DNA from: Sphagnum compactum
Taxonomy: Eukaryota
Length of the DNA stretch: 64,000 nt
Reading direction: 5' to 3'
Assembly (NCBI GenBank): GCA_965153455.1
Contig: OZ234494.1
Span: 12,586,001-12,650,000 of the forward strand
Part shown: piece by piece, positions 39,001-53,479 of the stretch
Numbering within the stretch: position 1 is the stretch's first letter
How the letters are laid out: every line of letters starts with the position of its first letter
Position numbers and translations under genes: made by a program
Notes under the pieces: generated by a model
Databases searched by the model: none
The model's input: the letters and a program-made list of their open reading frames with translations, nothing else
What the model was told of the DNA's origin: nothing

Positions 39001-41449
39001 AAGTTAGATTTTTTGGTTATCACTAAGTAACACCCATCCTTGTTTTTAGATTTCTTCTTATTCTACTTGTAAGTTTTCTATACTTGTTTCTTTTAATTAC
39101 ATAATTGATTCTACAATAACCCTTGTTTTCCAATCCTTCATGTAGAATTTCAAAATCAAAAGCAGTTTTTAACATTGCAATACACCCTATCCTATGAAAA
39201 CATTTAAGTAAAACCCTAAACAATGTGTTTTAGCAAATGAAAGTTTGCAAAAGATATTTTTACACAAAAAAAACAACTAAATATGAAAGAAATGTTTTTT
39301 AGCAAGGTTATTCCAAAGCTTGATATGAGATTTGAAAAAAAAAAGGACCATTACATGATGTCAAAAATTTCAACAAAGGATTAATGTATGTTGGAGCCCT
39401 CACAACCAACTTTAAAAGTCAAAACAAAACTCCACAAAAGAAAATATGAACTACAAAAGAAAACCTTAATGCAATTTGAAAGTTCAAAGTTTGTAACCAA
39501 ATTGTTGACACATGTAACTAATGAACACAATGAGTTAGTTCACCACATTTAACAAATGCAAGAAAACAACAACCCTATTTATGAGTTTTTGGGTTTAGTA
39601 ATTGTAAACATCAATCATGTTATAGGTTTAGAAAACAACAAACCTAGTTTATGCACACACATAATCCAAATACCAAAATGTGTTTACAATTTGCACAAAT
39701 GTGATTAAGAACCAAAACATCCAAGCCCAAGCTTTTGCAAGTTTTTGCACAAATGTGATCAAGTCAACAAAATGTGTTTACACAAATAAGATTGAAAAAT
39801 TAAAATGCAGGTTTGAGCTTTTGCAAGTTTATGCACAAAATAATAAAGAAACCCAATTTGAAATAAATTGTAACAACTTTTGCAACTACAAAAAGAAACC
39901 CCAACACTCCCATAATTGATCAACTGTCCACCCATGCACCCTTGTATGAACACAACCACTTCGAAAGAAAGAAAAGTGGTGGAAGTGGAACAATTTTTTC
40001 AATAGTGCACCTTAGAAATGGTTATTTTTCTTATGGTTATTTTTTCTAGAGAAACCCAAAGTCACAAAAGAAAACCCTTGGCCAAAAGAAGTGCAAAATA
40101 TGCTGACTTCGTAATTCTATCAGAAAACCCAACATTCTAGCAATAGTAGTGGTAGTGAAGAATGTAAAAAAAAAGGTTTTTTTAAATGCACAAAGAGAAA
40201 GAAGAAAAAACCAATAGAAAATTCAACATAATCACAACACAAAACCCCATGATGACCACAATCTCACAAATCCACAAATGGCTTAGGTAATCAACTCTTA
40301 ATCATCTTTGGATCAAAAGTTTTCACTAGTTTTTGCACAAAACTGATTTTTGTAAAAATGTGATCTATAAACTAAAAATCACCATCACAAATACCATCAT
40401 TGCAAAAATAATGTAAAAGAAACATGCGCCATCAATGCAAAATATAAGTAAATTGTAAAGAACATTTCAATTGGAGAAATGGATCAATTGAAAAGTATAT
40501 GATGGCATCAACTCGATTCACAAATCTCTTTAAAATTTTTTTGCATTCCCAACAAACATTAAATTGATTCCTTGTGCTAACTTGTGTAGCTTGCATTCAA
40601 CATATACGTACCAGGAAGCACACACAAAAAGTTCTACACAACAATGAATAGGAGTTCCTTCTAGAAGGAAACTTTGGTTATGTATTAAGGGCATTCTTAT
40701 TTCCAATAGATGTGATCAAATAACCCAAGTCTTTCCCATGTATTCCACTATGTTATACCAATCCCCACCCATATGGCAATAAAACACAATGCAAATGGTG
40801 TCATGAACCTAAACATACATAGATCACAAGGTGTGGAAAAGGGCAGGTTCTTATCCTTATTATCACAACATAATTGAATTCTTATGTGGACTTTTCTTTT
40901 GATATTTCATTTGGAAATGTTTATAAGGGACTCAATATGCCTAATAACAAACCAAAATAAATTTAGGAATGGAGTTCTTTCACAAACATATTTTGTAAAT
41001 ATCTATTAATTGACGTTTTGATGGCCAAAATTGACATGTTTTTTTAAAGTCCATATCATTTGAAACACAATAAAAATTATTTTGAATTTTGTGCACACTT
41101 CTATTAAACTAATGATCTTTAAATGGTACCAAAATAAATGGAAAAAAATTCTTGAAATATATGATTTGTTTATGAGTTAATTATTTAATCATCCCATGGC
41201 TTGCAAAAAATATGAAGGAAATCGACATGATGTTGATGCAAGTAGGATGAACATTCAACAAACAAAGAATAATAGAATCTAAAAAGAAGAAACATGTTGA
41301 AAAAAAACCTTCAAAATTAGTTGCACATACATGTGTTCAACCAATTAAATATTGATATGTTGAATGCATTAGACCCATAGATCTTTAGGCACCTTGATTG
41401 AAATAAAATCTCTGAGCTTGATTCCACAAAAATCGGCAACAACAATTCA

Positions 41450-42260
41450 CATAGAAAATATCAAATCACATGCTAACATGAATTATAAATTTAATCAAGT
41501 ATATCTTGTCTTCATTAGCGTGTTTAATTATGTGGTCTTATGCTAAAATCTACACAACTTTGTCCCATCTTTACCTTTGCTTGCCCAATATTTTTGTTTC
41601 AAGTAATAGCTTTTTGGATATCAATATAAAGCCAATTTAATACATGCATACTTGAATTCACAAGCTACTTTTTCAAATATAATAGAATATTAATAGACAT
41701 TAAATTGATAATTCATGCCCAAAACAAGACCCATCAAATGGCTAAAACATGCTCAAGCTATTGCATGAGACCACAAAGTTTAAAACTATTCCAAAAGTTT
41801 GTAAATTGAACTTCTTGTCCTTCACATAAGCAAAAATCTTCTGAATGATTAGCAAAAACATGTAAGTAGTTACCATAGATGTGAACCATACTTACACCAT
41901 TTATATGATTAGGTGCCTTGAATGACCAAATAGTGAGATGTCTGGGTTCCCAAGTCTTGTTAGACAAAAAAATTAACCACAACAACAAACACATCATCAC
42001 ATTCTGACATCCAAAGGTCAAAGGTGTTCGAGCGGTTAACAAGCAACTTGTTGATGTAGGATTAATTTAGTTCAAGGTTTAGAGCTACATGATTTTAGTT
42101 AGATTTTGAACTTCAGCTAAACAAGACTTTTGCTATATGAATAGTTCAAATTTCACATGTGCATTAGTTATGTTTTATTTTAAATAGTAATAAGAACACA
42201 AATTTCCAATTTCATGATCCATTTTTTCATGTCATTTTGTTATTGTTCAATTGGTCGCCT
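41450..42260 (-). pseudogene. Second, divergent hAT transposase fragment
   Basis: Across frameshifts: FDLWMS..DDVFVVVVNF, WEPRHLTI, FAYVKDKKFNL, PFDGSCFGHELS. Confidence 0.7.
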
Positions 42261-45200
42261 TAATTTCTTTTATTATTTGAATCATTATGGACGATAGTTG
42301 AGATTTTGAGAATTATGTTTTATTTTCATTTTTACTAATTAAATAATAATAAATAATAATAAATTCAATTTAATGTTTTAGATATAAAAATGACATCAAA
42401 ATTAACATTATATTCACATGCCATAGTTAAAAAATGATTGATTTCAGTCACATTAGTCAAGCTCCACAAATCCATGTAGGTGTTGCATCCACCTACATAA
42501 TAAGCATATTATAATAAATTATATGGTACATAATATGTCATACGTAATGCGTAATATATCACATATAATATGCATCCACACATTTTATCGCATCAAAATG
42601 AATAGTTTTTGCTAAAAACACATTTCAAAATTCATAATTTAAAAATAAAACTAGCTTTTAAATCAAAAGTACCAAAATGTGTTGAAAACATGAATTTCAC
42701 TAATTTAAACTCATGTTGCTTTTTAATCATTAATATTAAGATCATCTCCAATTTTGAAAAGGAACGGTGCATATTTGATATTAAAAATTGAGTGGTTATT
42801 GAAAAAAAAAAGATTGTCCACACAATAGGGTTTTGAATGCTTTAAATATGCACAAGAATTCTTCAAACAATATCAATTTTCATTGAATATTGATAACTGA
42901 AACTTTGTAAATAAATGACAATCCATTCACATCCCTTTGTGACTCCTTTGTGACTCACAAAAGCTCAAGTGCTAGCTGGTTGAGAGAAAAACTCATAACC
43001 TTACCAAGAAGACACTGATGGGTATATATGCCTGGGGTTTGAAGGTTTGGGCTTATAACCTAGATTGATTTTAGTGTTGGGTTTGGGCATGGTTATGAAC
43101 AAATGTTTTGGAGTAGGAAGGTGGGGGTGGATACTTGAATTCCGTATCTACCTGGGTATTAACTTAGGGTGGGTTTTTGAATTTTTTTGCCTTTGATCAT
43201 TACAAACATGCATATCCAGGGTTGATACCTGGACGGGGTGTCATCGTGTTAAATTTCAACCCTGCCCAACACTGGATTAGACTTCAGACCTATACAAAGG
43301 AGTTTAGAATGATGGGTTTAGGGTTGAGGGTTTAAATACAAGTCACCAGATTTCTATAAGAGGTTTCAGCAAGTAAGCCAAACATGATGGCAGAAAGGCC
43401 AGTTAAAATTTGGAACCTTCATATTTAGTTTTGCAGCCAGTTGTGGCTAAATCTTCTTATGGATGATTGCCAGTCCTATGACATCCCAAAATTGGGCAAA
43501 AATATGCCAGTGCTCCTGCTCATGTTGTTGTTGCTTCAAGTAGTTCCCTGCATGACCAACTGTAGACTACAAAGGTACAAGTTGCAAGGACAAAGTTTTT
43601 TAGAGTTGTCAGCTTTGGGTACATACAAGTAGAGAAGTGAGAGACATAATAATTTATTAAAAGTAATTTCATTCCAACAAAATACTCGAGGACTTTAATG
43701 GAGTAAAGACTTTGATGATTCAACAATTATTGGGTTTAAGCTGAACAAAATAGGGGAGTTGCGAATCTTGGTAGACAAACAACAAACTTCTTTTGGACTC
43801 TTGTCGTGTTCAATTGTAAGTAAAAAATTGTGCTAATTTACTCTAAATTTATTATATCCTTGTTGGTGTGGGGCTTTTTATGAAGTTCTTCAATCACATG
43901 GTCAAAGCAACAATAAAATCAGTTTCACAAGTGAATTTCATGATTTTTTTCCCAAATGTATTAGAGTATGTGACACCTTGACCCCCCATGTATACATACC
44001 TATCATTGTATCCAAAATGTGACACCTCCATAATGCCACAAAATTTTCAGTCCGTAGGTGTCATATTGAGGACATCTAACAATACAACCAAACAAGTGTC
44101 ATTTTGACGACATCTAACAATACACAAAGAAACTTGATGTGTGGGATGGGAGGAAAAAGCCAAATTTCCTTAATGCGGAGATTGAAAAGGTCTCAATAGC
44201 ATTTCAATCAAAACTAAACTATTGAGAACATTGGTACGTGAAGTCCCGCATCATCTCATTGCTAGGTAGTCACAAGTTACAACCTTACTAATTATTATTG
44301 TTCAATCACTAGTCTCTAGCATTGAGGAGGTTATTTAGTCATCCTCCCCGCTACCCAGTCCCTTTACATGCCCTTAGCATCGCCCCCGGCCCCCTCCCCT
44401 CCCTTTTGAGTACTTATACCTAGTGATTAAAGAAAGATTAGATTGATTAAGAAACCTAATGAATAGACATTATCTACCTTATGAAAAGTATAAGTACACT
44501 TGTTGAGACTGGTTTTGATGCTTCAAGTTAATAGCAATCAAATTGGATGGTAATAAGATCTAATTCAACATTTTGAAATTCGTGGTTTTATCAAATTAAA
44601 GGTTGTTACCAAAATGCTATTTAAGTGACCATATTTAAGTGAACATATATTTTTATTTTTGTGGTCTTGACATTACTCTCACATCTACTTGGGGAAAAAA
44701 GATTTTTGGTTTTACAAAATTAATTGCAAAAAATATTGAAGTTGTCAAGTAATTAAAACGTTACCTCAAAAATATTTTCAATAACTCATTACATTCGTAC
44801 ATTTCACAAAATATTGATGTAGCCAACAATTATTCAATCATATGACCCGTATGTCGCGGGTGGAGCAACTTTTTGTAAACGCAAGGCCCGACATCAACAA
44901 CCTAGCCAATTGTGAAAAAAAGAACACTACATAATGAGCATGACGGGTACATGGTTCCCAACTCCAATTGTCATACAATAAGTTGTAATTAAGGTTTTTG
45001 AAGTTTGAACATGTCTTCTCATCATGCATTTGACTTTCACTAAAAAGTTAGATACCTTTGGAGAAGATTGGTGCAAGTCTTAGAATTTTTTGGTTTTATT
45101 TCATGATCAATTGATATTGTACATTGGCCATGTTTGTACTTTGTACGTCGAAAAGGTTGTTGTCAACCAATACTAATGTGTGCCAATTTCCAAACACATT

Positions 45201-48200
45201 CAATAGTTTCTAGCTTAACATCGTCAACTTAGGACCTTCCTAGATATATAAAATTCAACCCGTGCTTCCACACTAACAAAAGTCTCCACACCCTATTACC
45301 TTTGATATTCGAACAAATCCGTATTCAAGTCATCCAATAAATCATCCAAGTTATAGGGGGCCCACCTCCCAACTTTATCTTGGGAGATTGTCCATAAGTG
45401 AATGAAAAGGTTGATGAAGCCAAGCAAGAACTTTCTTTTGGGGACTACTCCCAAATTCTAGTAGTGGGTGGGATAGTTTGTCCATGTATCCAAGTATTTT
45501 GAGTTCTTTGTTTAGCCCACACTCCTTGTGGAGTCTTATGTATAACTTGTCAAGAATCCAAGTCAGGTGGGTGGAGTAGCTACTAACTAGGCCGAGGATT
45601 CACCCCCACCCCTCCCCATTTCCCACCCCCAATTTTTTAAACCAAAAGCTGAAGTGTTGGGAAATTGACATTGCCAAAAGCATTCAAATTTGGTGAAAAA
45701 GCCATTGAAAATGTGGTGAAAAAGCCATTGAAAATTGTAAGTATAACTAAACAAACAAGTTGAAAACATAAGTAATAAAATAACAGGCATTTCTAAATAC
45801 CTATTTTCAATGACAAAGATTCTCAAAATCCAATATCTCATGACTTAGGTCTGAAAATTACGAAATAGCTCCTAGAGATCCACTCATCAAGGGCTTTCCA
45901 ATGATACCAAGAGCATGGCGGGGGCTTGTGGTTTGGGAGTTCTCAACCTCACAAACAAACTAACCACCTTCCTTGATAGATACATGCGATTTTTAGTGTA
46001 AAAATTGCTAATTGTAAAGTGTGAAAAAATTTAATCATCATTTAAATGGTGTTATTTTCAACAATTTCCTGACTTTATATTCAGGAATACAAACACTCCC
46101 ACTCAACATTTTAATAACAAAAACTATCAACCAAGGGGTGACAATAATGTAAATTAATCGGTAGCATTTTTCAATATTTTAACATACACTAATCAAAGGT
46201 TTCAAGTCTAATGTAGCATCTTATCTGGTTTGGCATTCAGGTGCCAAATAATTATTTTATTTTTTGAAATCAAGATTGGTAGTAGATTTTGTGATTTAAT
46301 ATTTTTGAACATATTTATGTCGTTCAATTAAAATATTTCACAATGATGATTGATTGTTAACATTAAATATTGAAATTGTGAAAATTTGAAAATGGGACTA
46401 TTGAACCACTTTTATGGAAAAAAGTAATTATTTTGGTTGAAGGTTTTTTACGTATTTGAAAGCTATTGTGTTGGTCTCTTTCTAACCACTGCAATAAACA
46501 TAACAAAATGCTCAACTCATGTATCCTCTATGAAGACTTAATAAATTGCAATTGTTTTGTAGCCATTGCAATAGACTTAACAAAAATGCTCAAGTCATGT
46601 AGTGATTGCAATAGACTTAAAAGTTGCCCTCTTTGTTGCCATTACAACAGACTTAACAAAATACTCATCTCATGTGCCATTGTAGCATATTAACAATTAC
46701 GCAAAGATAGGAATTATGCAATGCTCATATAAAATGCTTGGGTGTTGCATTTGTCAAAACAAAAAACTCACATAAATGTAAAAAAAAATGCTCGACTCAT
46801 ACCTGCTATTTATTATTTTTGAAAATCACCAACGTTAGCTAGTTCATATTCACATTTGTCTATCAATTTTGCTTCGTAATTCAAGGAGTCTTTGACATCT
46901 TTGTATTTTGATGAGGTGCAACCAACATGAACACTCAATGACCAATTTTTGCAAATCATGATCAAACTATCAAGGTTTTGTATTTTGAGTTTTTAACGCC
47001 TCAAACTTGTTAAGGTCCTTGCAATGCTAAAGATTTCATCTGTCTCAATTTACAAACAAAGGATTGAATTTTCACCAAGTTAATGGTGAATTTATAATGT
47101 TGACTACAACAAGAAGTATTGTTTTCAACTTGGTGAAACAACTAGTTTTCCAACTTCCATCTTGGGTTTGGGTGCATCCACACTATTAGGAGTTAATCTT
47201 GTCACTTTTGGCGAGTGCTTATTTTGGAACATTTTTAAAAATATTTGATTTTTAAGATGAAAAAATTCTTTAAAGAATTCTCATGATCTAAAAAAAATGT
47301 TACATCAATTCTTAGGTTTAAAAAAAATTATCCAAAAATATGTTATGTTTTAAAAATCTCACCAACAACAGGAGTCTTCATAATGGTAGGAGTCCTCATA
47401 ATGTTTTTAAAAACATTAATTACAATGCTTAGTGAATGCTTTTGAATATTTTATTTTCATTAGATTCATTCCAAATCATGACACTTGTTGAAAACATAAT
47501 ATATTAAAAAAATTGTTTATGTAAACACATTCAAAAACTTACAACAAGAATACAATTTTGACGAAAAACATGAAAACCAAATAATGCTTACATTTGCTAT
47601 GACTCCTGTTACACCCATTTTGCAACTTCCATTTTGATTACATAGTCTTCAATTGTTTCATGACAAAATGAATTAACATCATAATTATCAAAAGTTGTTA
47701 TTTTATGACACAAAAATTTATCAATTGAAATATTTTATGCCCAAATTTGTTTGATCAAGATCATATAAATGGGTTATAATTTGGTCCTTTTAATCATGAA
47801 TTGATCACATGTTTTGAAACAATGAAATTATTGTCTTGTAATGATGAATAAATTAGTGATTACCAATGCCAATGTGTGTATGGATTTATTTTGTGTTACT
47901 TTTCTAAAGATATTTTTTTAAATTTCAAAAAATGGACTATATAACATAACCAAGTTTTTGTTTCAAAATCAATGTAATAGACTACAATCCATAAGCCATG
48001 TAACATATGACATATGAAATGGATTCATTTGCATTGAAACATTTAGATACATGCTTTTAGAATGTTGCAACATTAGAAGAAAGATTGTGTTTTTCAACTT
48101 ATCATATTGCAAAAATAATTGCAAACGCCACTTTTAGTTGTAAACAACAAGTGGTAAAAAAAAATTGCATTTTTAATGAAAATATGAACATGGGTACACA

Positions 48201-48528
48201 AGATGATAATTTCCGCATGCCATAGTGTGAGAATTTTGAAATTCATTCATCTTATCTTGTTGAATAGGGATAAAATCTACTTTTCTCAAAGAAAAAATAT
48301 TTGTGAATGAAAATGAGGAATGTTTTGGAATATTCAGGAATATTTTAATTTTGGAAATGTAAGCTTCAAGTTTTATTAATTATTTGGCAGACATGTGCTG
48401 AAGCTGCCCGTGTACTACGGTATTTATTAACCAAGTACAATTGTGGCATAGGGATTCATCAAAGTTGAAGCCTTTTGTGTCAATTGAATTACCAATGTTG
48501 TGGAGGTAAATCATTTGTCATACATAAC

Positions 48529-48709
48529 TCAGGATACTAGACAAAGGTCTAAAACATACTTTGTGGGCAAAGAATAGGTATATGAGAAAGTTCTAAAAAC
48601 CCAAAATCCCTAAAACCCTAAACCCATATATATATAAAGTCAGGATACTAGACAAAGGTCTAAACATACTTTGTGGGCAAAAGCATAGGTTTATGAGAAA
48701 GTTCTAAAA
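48529..48709 (+). repeat. Local direct duplication of ~70 bp (period 111)
   Basis: TCAGGATACTAGACAAAGGTCTAAA(A)CATACTTTGTGGGCAAA...GAGAAAGTTCTAAAA at 48529 and 48640. Confidence 0.9.
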
Positions 48710-48834
48710 GCCTAGAAAACATATTTGTCTTTCTCCATTGTCAACACCACCTAATAACACCTTTAGGTTAATACAACAATTTACTTCTCCTCATGGAGTT
48801 TGCCCCTTAATGCATGTTAATTTAGTTTTTATAT

Positions 48835-49345
48835 GACACATGTTCGAGTCAATGGGTGGGAGGAGACTTGAGTTGTGATTCAATGATGGCAAAGAAAATC
48901 AGAAACGAATTCTAATCATGTTCAAGTCGATGGGTCCGAGACATGTGATTTGATGATGGCAAAGAAATTTAACAAACCTGATGATTTCACATTGATGGGT
49001 CGGAGACACGTGATTTGATGATGGCAAAAGAAATTTAACAAATCTGATGATTTCACATTGATGGGTCGGAGACATGTGATTTGATGATGGCAAAAAGAAA
49101 ATTAGCAAATCTTATCATGTTACCAATTTCATGGGTGGGAGACGTGATTCAATGATGGCAAAGAAAATCAGCAAATCTAACAACTTACAAAGTTAATGGG
49201 TCCAAACACACACACACATACACACGCACACAATTCAATAAATAAAAGGAAATTGGCAAATATAATCATGTTCAAGGTGATGGGTGGGAGACACGTGATC
49301 GAATGATGGCAAACAAAATTGGCCAATCTAATCATGTTCAAGTTA
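48835..49345 (+). repeat. ~62-64-bp tandem repeat, about 7 copies
   Basis: Unit CATGTTCAAGT.GATGGGTCGGAGACA(C/T)GTGATTTGATGATGGCAAAGAAATT. Confidence 0.9.
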
Positions 49346-50714
49346 ATTAGTGTATGTCATGCAAAGTGTTTCAAAATGTTGCCACATCAAATCTATAAGT
49401 GTTCCAAAGGATGCCATCCAAGCTAATTTGGTTTGAAATTTGGAACTTTGAAGGTCAAGGTAGGCTATTAGCAATAATAATCTGAAAGCGGTTAAAGGCA
49501 TAGCCCCTTGAGGGGAAAGCATTCCCAAAAGAAGGGGCCCAAGTGCATCAAGGCATTACACCTATTAAATAAGTGTAACCTGCATCCTCTTTTAAAGAGG
49601 CTATATTCCTGGATTTATGGTGGCCTCCATTTAGACTAAAAATTCTAACCGACTATTTTTATGACAAGGTGGTAGCTGAGTCCAACCCCAAGTTTAGGTA
49701 TGTTGCTCACTTGTGTGGGTGGGCTTTACCCATTGGGAAAGCACAAGACAAACATAAGTATGAACCTAAACATTGTTAGATCATGAGGCATAATAAGAAG
49801 GGAAGGATTCTTATGCTTGGAAGGAGGCTCTCTCACTATCAAGTGGAGTAGGCATAAGATCCCTCCACCTCTTTACTAGAGGGATGTTCATGGATATGGT
49901 GTGGCCTTCAAATATGCTTCCAAAATTTCTCCCAAGTGCTTTACAAAACTAATGTAAAAAGCACAGGTGCTGCTTGTACAAGCTTGGGAGAGCAGTTGGA
50001 CTTTCAGAGTTGTGCAAATGAACTGGGTTAAAGTGGTAGCCTAGTTGAGAGAAGGATCATTATTAGTCTCTAATCTCTCCAAAGGAAGTCATTTGGAGTT
50101 GGTGAAAGTCACATTAAGGTGGTGGTGAGTAGCTGAGAAAGGCAAAGTCACATGCTACCAGAGGCAGTGGACATCCAAAGGGCCCACACTTGGCTGTTGG
50201 GCATTGAGAGTTTCTAAAGGATTTTCACACTTGGCCTATTGTTTTTGGCACTTGACCAACTCAATTAATAAAGAGCAGGGCTTTGCTTCTTGTGGCCTTG
50301 GCAAATGCATTTTGTCTGAAGACACTAACTAGGGTTGAACCTTAAGATATTAGGGTTGACATACATGTAAAGATTGCAACAAGTGGGCTTGTCCCTATGC
50401 CTTCAACTTGAAGTGCTAGGATTTCACACTTGTAAAAAGCCTAGGATCTTAGGCATGAAGGCCAAGGACATGAGAATTTGAAAGGTTTAAGACTCAATGC
50501 ATGTAGAAGGTTACTTGACATTAGGGTTCAAGGGACTAGGAGTTGAAGCTTTAAGAATCTAAGACACGAGGGCAAGCTTGAGGGCATAAACATGATGGTT
50601 TGAAAGCCTAAGACATGGGGGCCTAGGGACATTAGGACTTTGAAACGATGGTTTGTTTTTTAAGCCCAAGTTGTTAGACTCTACGCCACAAAATTCTATT
50701 CCAAGACAAAGCAT

Positions 50715-50882
50715 GTTTTGGCTTTAGGTTTGAATACTTTTGGGAAGTTTAGCAAGGTTGGGATATTTTGGGACATTTTGGCCTAGGGTTGGAATATTTT
50801 AAATATTTCAGCCTAGAGTTGAAATATTTTCAACAATTTGGCCTAGGGTTGGAATATTTTAAACATTTTGACCTAGGGTTAA
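50715..50882 (+). repeat. 30-bp tandem repeat, about 5 copies
   Basis: Unit TTTTGGCCTAGGGTTGGAATATTTTAAACA; related CCTAGGGTT motifs recur at ~52080-52225. Confidence 0.8.
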
Positions 50883-52872
50883 CAAATTGCTTGAATCGTG
50901 TCCTAGCTAGCCCAAACACTCCATTTGCAATGTAACGCTTTGTTGAGATTTGAAACCCTTGTTTAAATTTTTGTTCTCTTTGCTTTCCAATCATAATTCC
51001 AATATCCAAGTTGATCAGGATTTCTTAAGGAGCTTTGCCTCCAAATGATCTCGAAACTAAGTTTTTTTGAGTTAGAAGAGTGAAAGAAGAGGGTGTGTGA
51101 AAGAGGAATCAGATGATATGAGCATCTTTTCATTTTTCATCTTAATTAATATCTATATTTTCTTTTTGTGGGCATATTTCAGTATGAAGACCATCAATTT
51201 TTTCTTTAGGGCATATTTTTTGTGCAACAAGAAAACACCTTAAGCCACTTGTCGTAAGCCATTGGTGAAAAATCCATGTAAACACCGGAAGCCAAATGTC
51301 TTACAAACACATTAGACCAAACTTGGTCTCATGAGCAGTTTAAACTGAAAATCCTAAGCAATAGGCTAAAAGTCATGTGAACACTCTAAGCGAAATGTGT
51401 TGCAAACACATAAAGCCAAATGTCTTGAAAGTGAATGCACGTTTAGGGAGACTATTTGGACTATCATATTCGTAGTTTTTTAAAATTGTAAATGAACTTA
51501 AAATGTAAAAACATATTGAAAATTATGAATGAGCTTTTTTCTAAAAAGGATTCACATGATGAACTTTTGAAATGGTGACATTGCATTTGTTGTGCATAAG
51601 TATAAAAAAAGTGAATAAAAAAAAACAAAATCATAATAATGTCAAAATAGAAATTAAAAAATTAAAACGCCATCAAATGAGAAATTAAAAAAATAAAATG
51701 CCATCAAATGAGAAATTAAAAACTTAAATGCATTGTAAGCTTCTCAATGCAAGAAAGTTCAATTTAAAAATTTTAATTTGTTGAGATTTTCATTTTTAAA
51801 AAATTATAGTCCGTTGAAATATACAAGCTTTCACATGAAATTTTTGACCAATCATATGTTTAGTGAAATTCATAAAATGATTTATCAATATTTTTGACTA
51901 AAAAATTAACGAATAACTATAAGATTTATAATTTGATAATGATCATAATTGAAAGAAAAAAAAACTAATGTAAAATGTGAACTCTTCAAAATGTCAAAAA
52001 CAAGTCACTTAATCATATTTTTACCCTTGAGCCCAAATGTGAAAAAAACCTAAGCAATGAGGTGAAGGTCAATGTGTTTAGGTCTAGGGTTAGACCTTAA
52101 GCCAAGAAGTTTTTATCTTGAGCCAACACTTGTTTTGGTTTATGCATTTTGTCCTAGAGTTAATATAATTTGAAGCATTGTGACCTAGGGTTGAAATCAT
52201 TTTTGGCTTCTTGGCCTAAGGTTGGCCACTATTGCCTACTCTTTGAATCATGTCCTGAATAGTTTTTTTTTTTTTTTTTTTAAATTTTAAATTATTTTAT
52301 TTTGCATTCCATAAAAACCCTTAGGTTGAGGCATTCCCAAAATAAGAGGCCTAGGATGAGGTGCAGGTGATAGCTGAATCTGGGTCGACAATTTGGGAAT
52401 GTTCCCCACCTACTTGGCTTTAGCCCTATCATGAATCTAAAAATCTACATAAATCACAAAGAAAATAATATCATTTTTTTTCAATAAGGGCAGAGATTTT
52501 TCTACCTAAGAGCATTCATAAAAGCCCCTAGGTTGGGACATTCCCAAAAGAAGGGGCCCTACGATGAGTCCATAGTCGAATTGGGGCCCATACATATTTT
52601 GGGAATATTCCCTATCTGCAGGGTTTACCCCCACCCTACCTACCATGAATCTAAACATAAACATAAGTCACAAAGCATAGTAAGGGTGGGGGAAGACATA
52701 TGCAATCCTACTCCTTAATAGTGGGAGGGATCTTATGCCTATAAGCAAGTGTAAGATACCTCCCACTTGTTATTATAGGTGTAGGACCGGTCCCATGCTT
52801 TAAGTCCCAAGATCCCTCACAACACAACTTCAGGAAGAAGGACTAGATTACATAATATCCCTCCACTTTGTA

Positions 52873-53030
52873 GGAGGAGTGTCCGCCATATCTAAGGTGC
52901 CCTCCAAATACACTAGGGAATTTCTTTGAGTGCTTTCCCTTTGTTTAATGGGAGGAGTGTTTGCATATTTAAGGTGCCTTCCAAATACACTAGGGAATTT
53001 GTTTGAGTGCTTTCCCTTTGTTTAATGGGG
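52873..53030 (+). repeat. 78-bp tandem duplication
   Basis: GGAGGAGTGT...AAGGTGCC.TCCAAATACACTAGGGAATTT.TTTGAGTGCTTTCCCTTTGTTTAATGG twice. Confidence 0.9.
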
Positions 53031-53479
53031 GGATTGCCATCAAGTTAGTTGTTGGCACATGGTTGATCCCAAGTTGATGGGGTATTTAAGCAAAGCAAAG
53101 TAGAGAGGAACAGAAATCACTAGAAAAAGAAAACCCAGTATTTAACACCAAACCCTAATTATAGGCGCCTGAGTTGGCTTTTGGCCCCCACCCAAAATTC
53201 AAATCTCAGGATCTTTAGCGTTGGTTTGACGGTGGATTGGTAACAGATTGGGGGTGAATATGTTATGTTCCTTCACAGCCAGGCTTTAATTTTCTATGTA
53301 AAGATCTAGATATGAATTAAAAGGTAGAGCTAGATTTTCTTATGTGTTAAGAAAAAAAAATGCCACATTGACATTGATACTCCAAAGCTCAGGCTAATGC
53401 TGCCTTTTTTTATAAATTTTTTTTTTTTTTTTAAATTTAAATTTTGCTTCGGTTGTCTACTACCTGTTTCTAGTACCAT

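Larger units (their letters stand above)
35936..43274 (-). mobile_element. hAT-like region bounded by CAGTGTTGGGC(A)GGGT inverted termini and containing two decayed transposases
   Basis: Left CAGTGTTGGGCGGGT at 35936 and right ACCCTGCCCAACACTG ending at 43274, with GGGTA(T/C) subterminal motifs. No 8-bp TSD is preserved, so pairing of the two ends is uncertain. Confidence 0.5.

Noticed and set aside
43310-43335. Telomere-like TTTAGGG motifs (also at ~33421 and ~48610)
   Set aside because: Only one to two imperfect units each; not a telomeric array.
46242-48389. 13-bp inverted repeat TGCCAAATAATTA possibly bounding a TIR element with a Helitron-like coding fragment inside
   Set aside because: Short AT-rich match, no TSD, and the internal motifs are too decayed to support a call.
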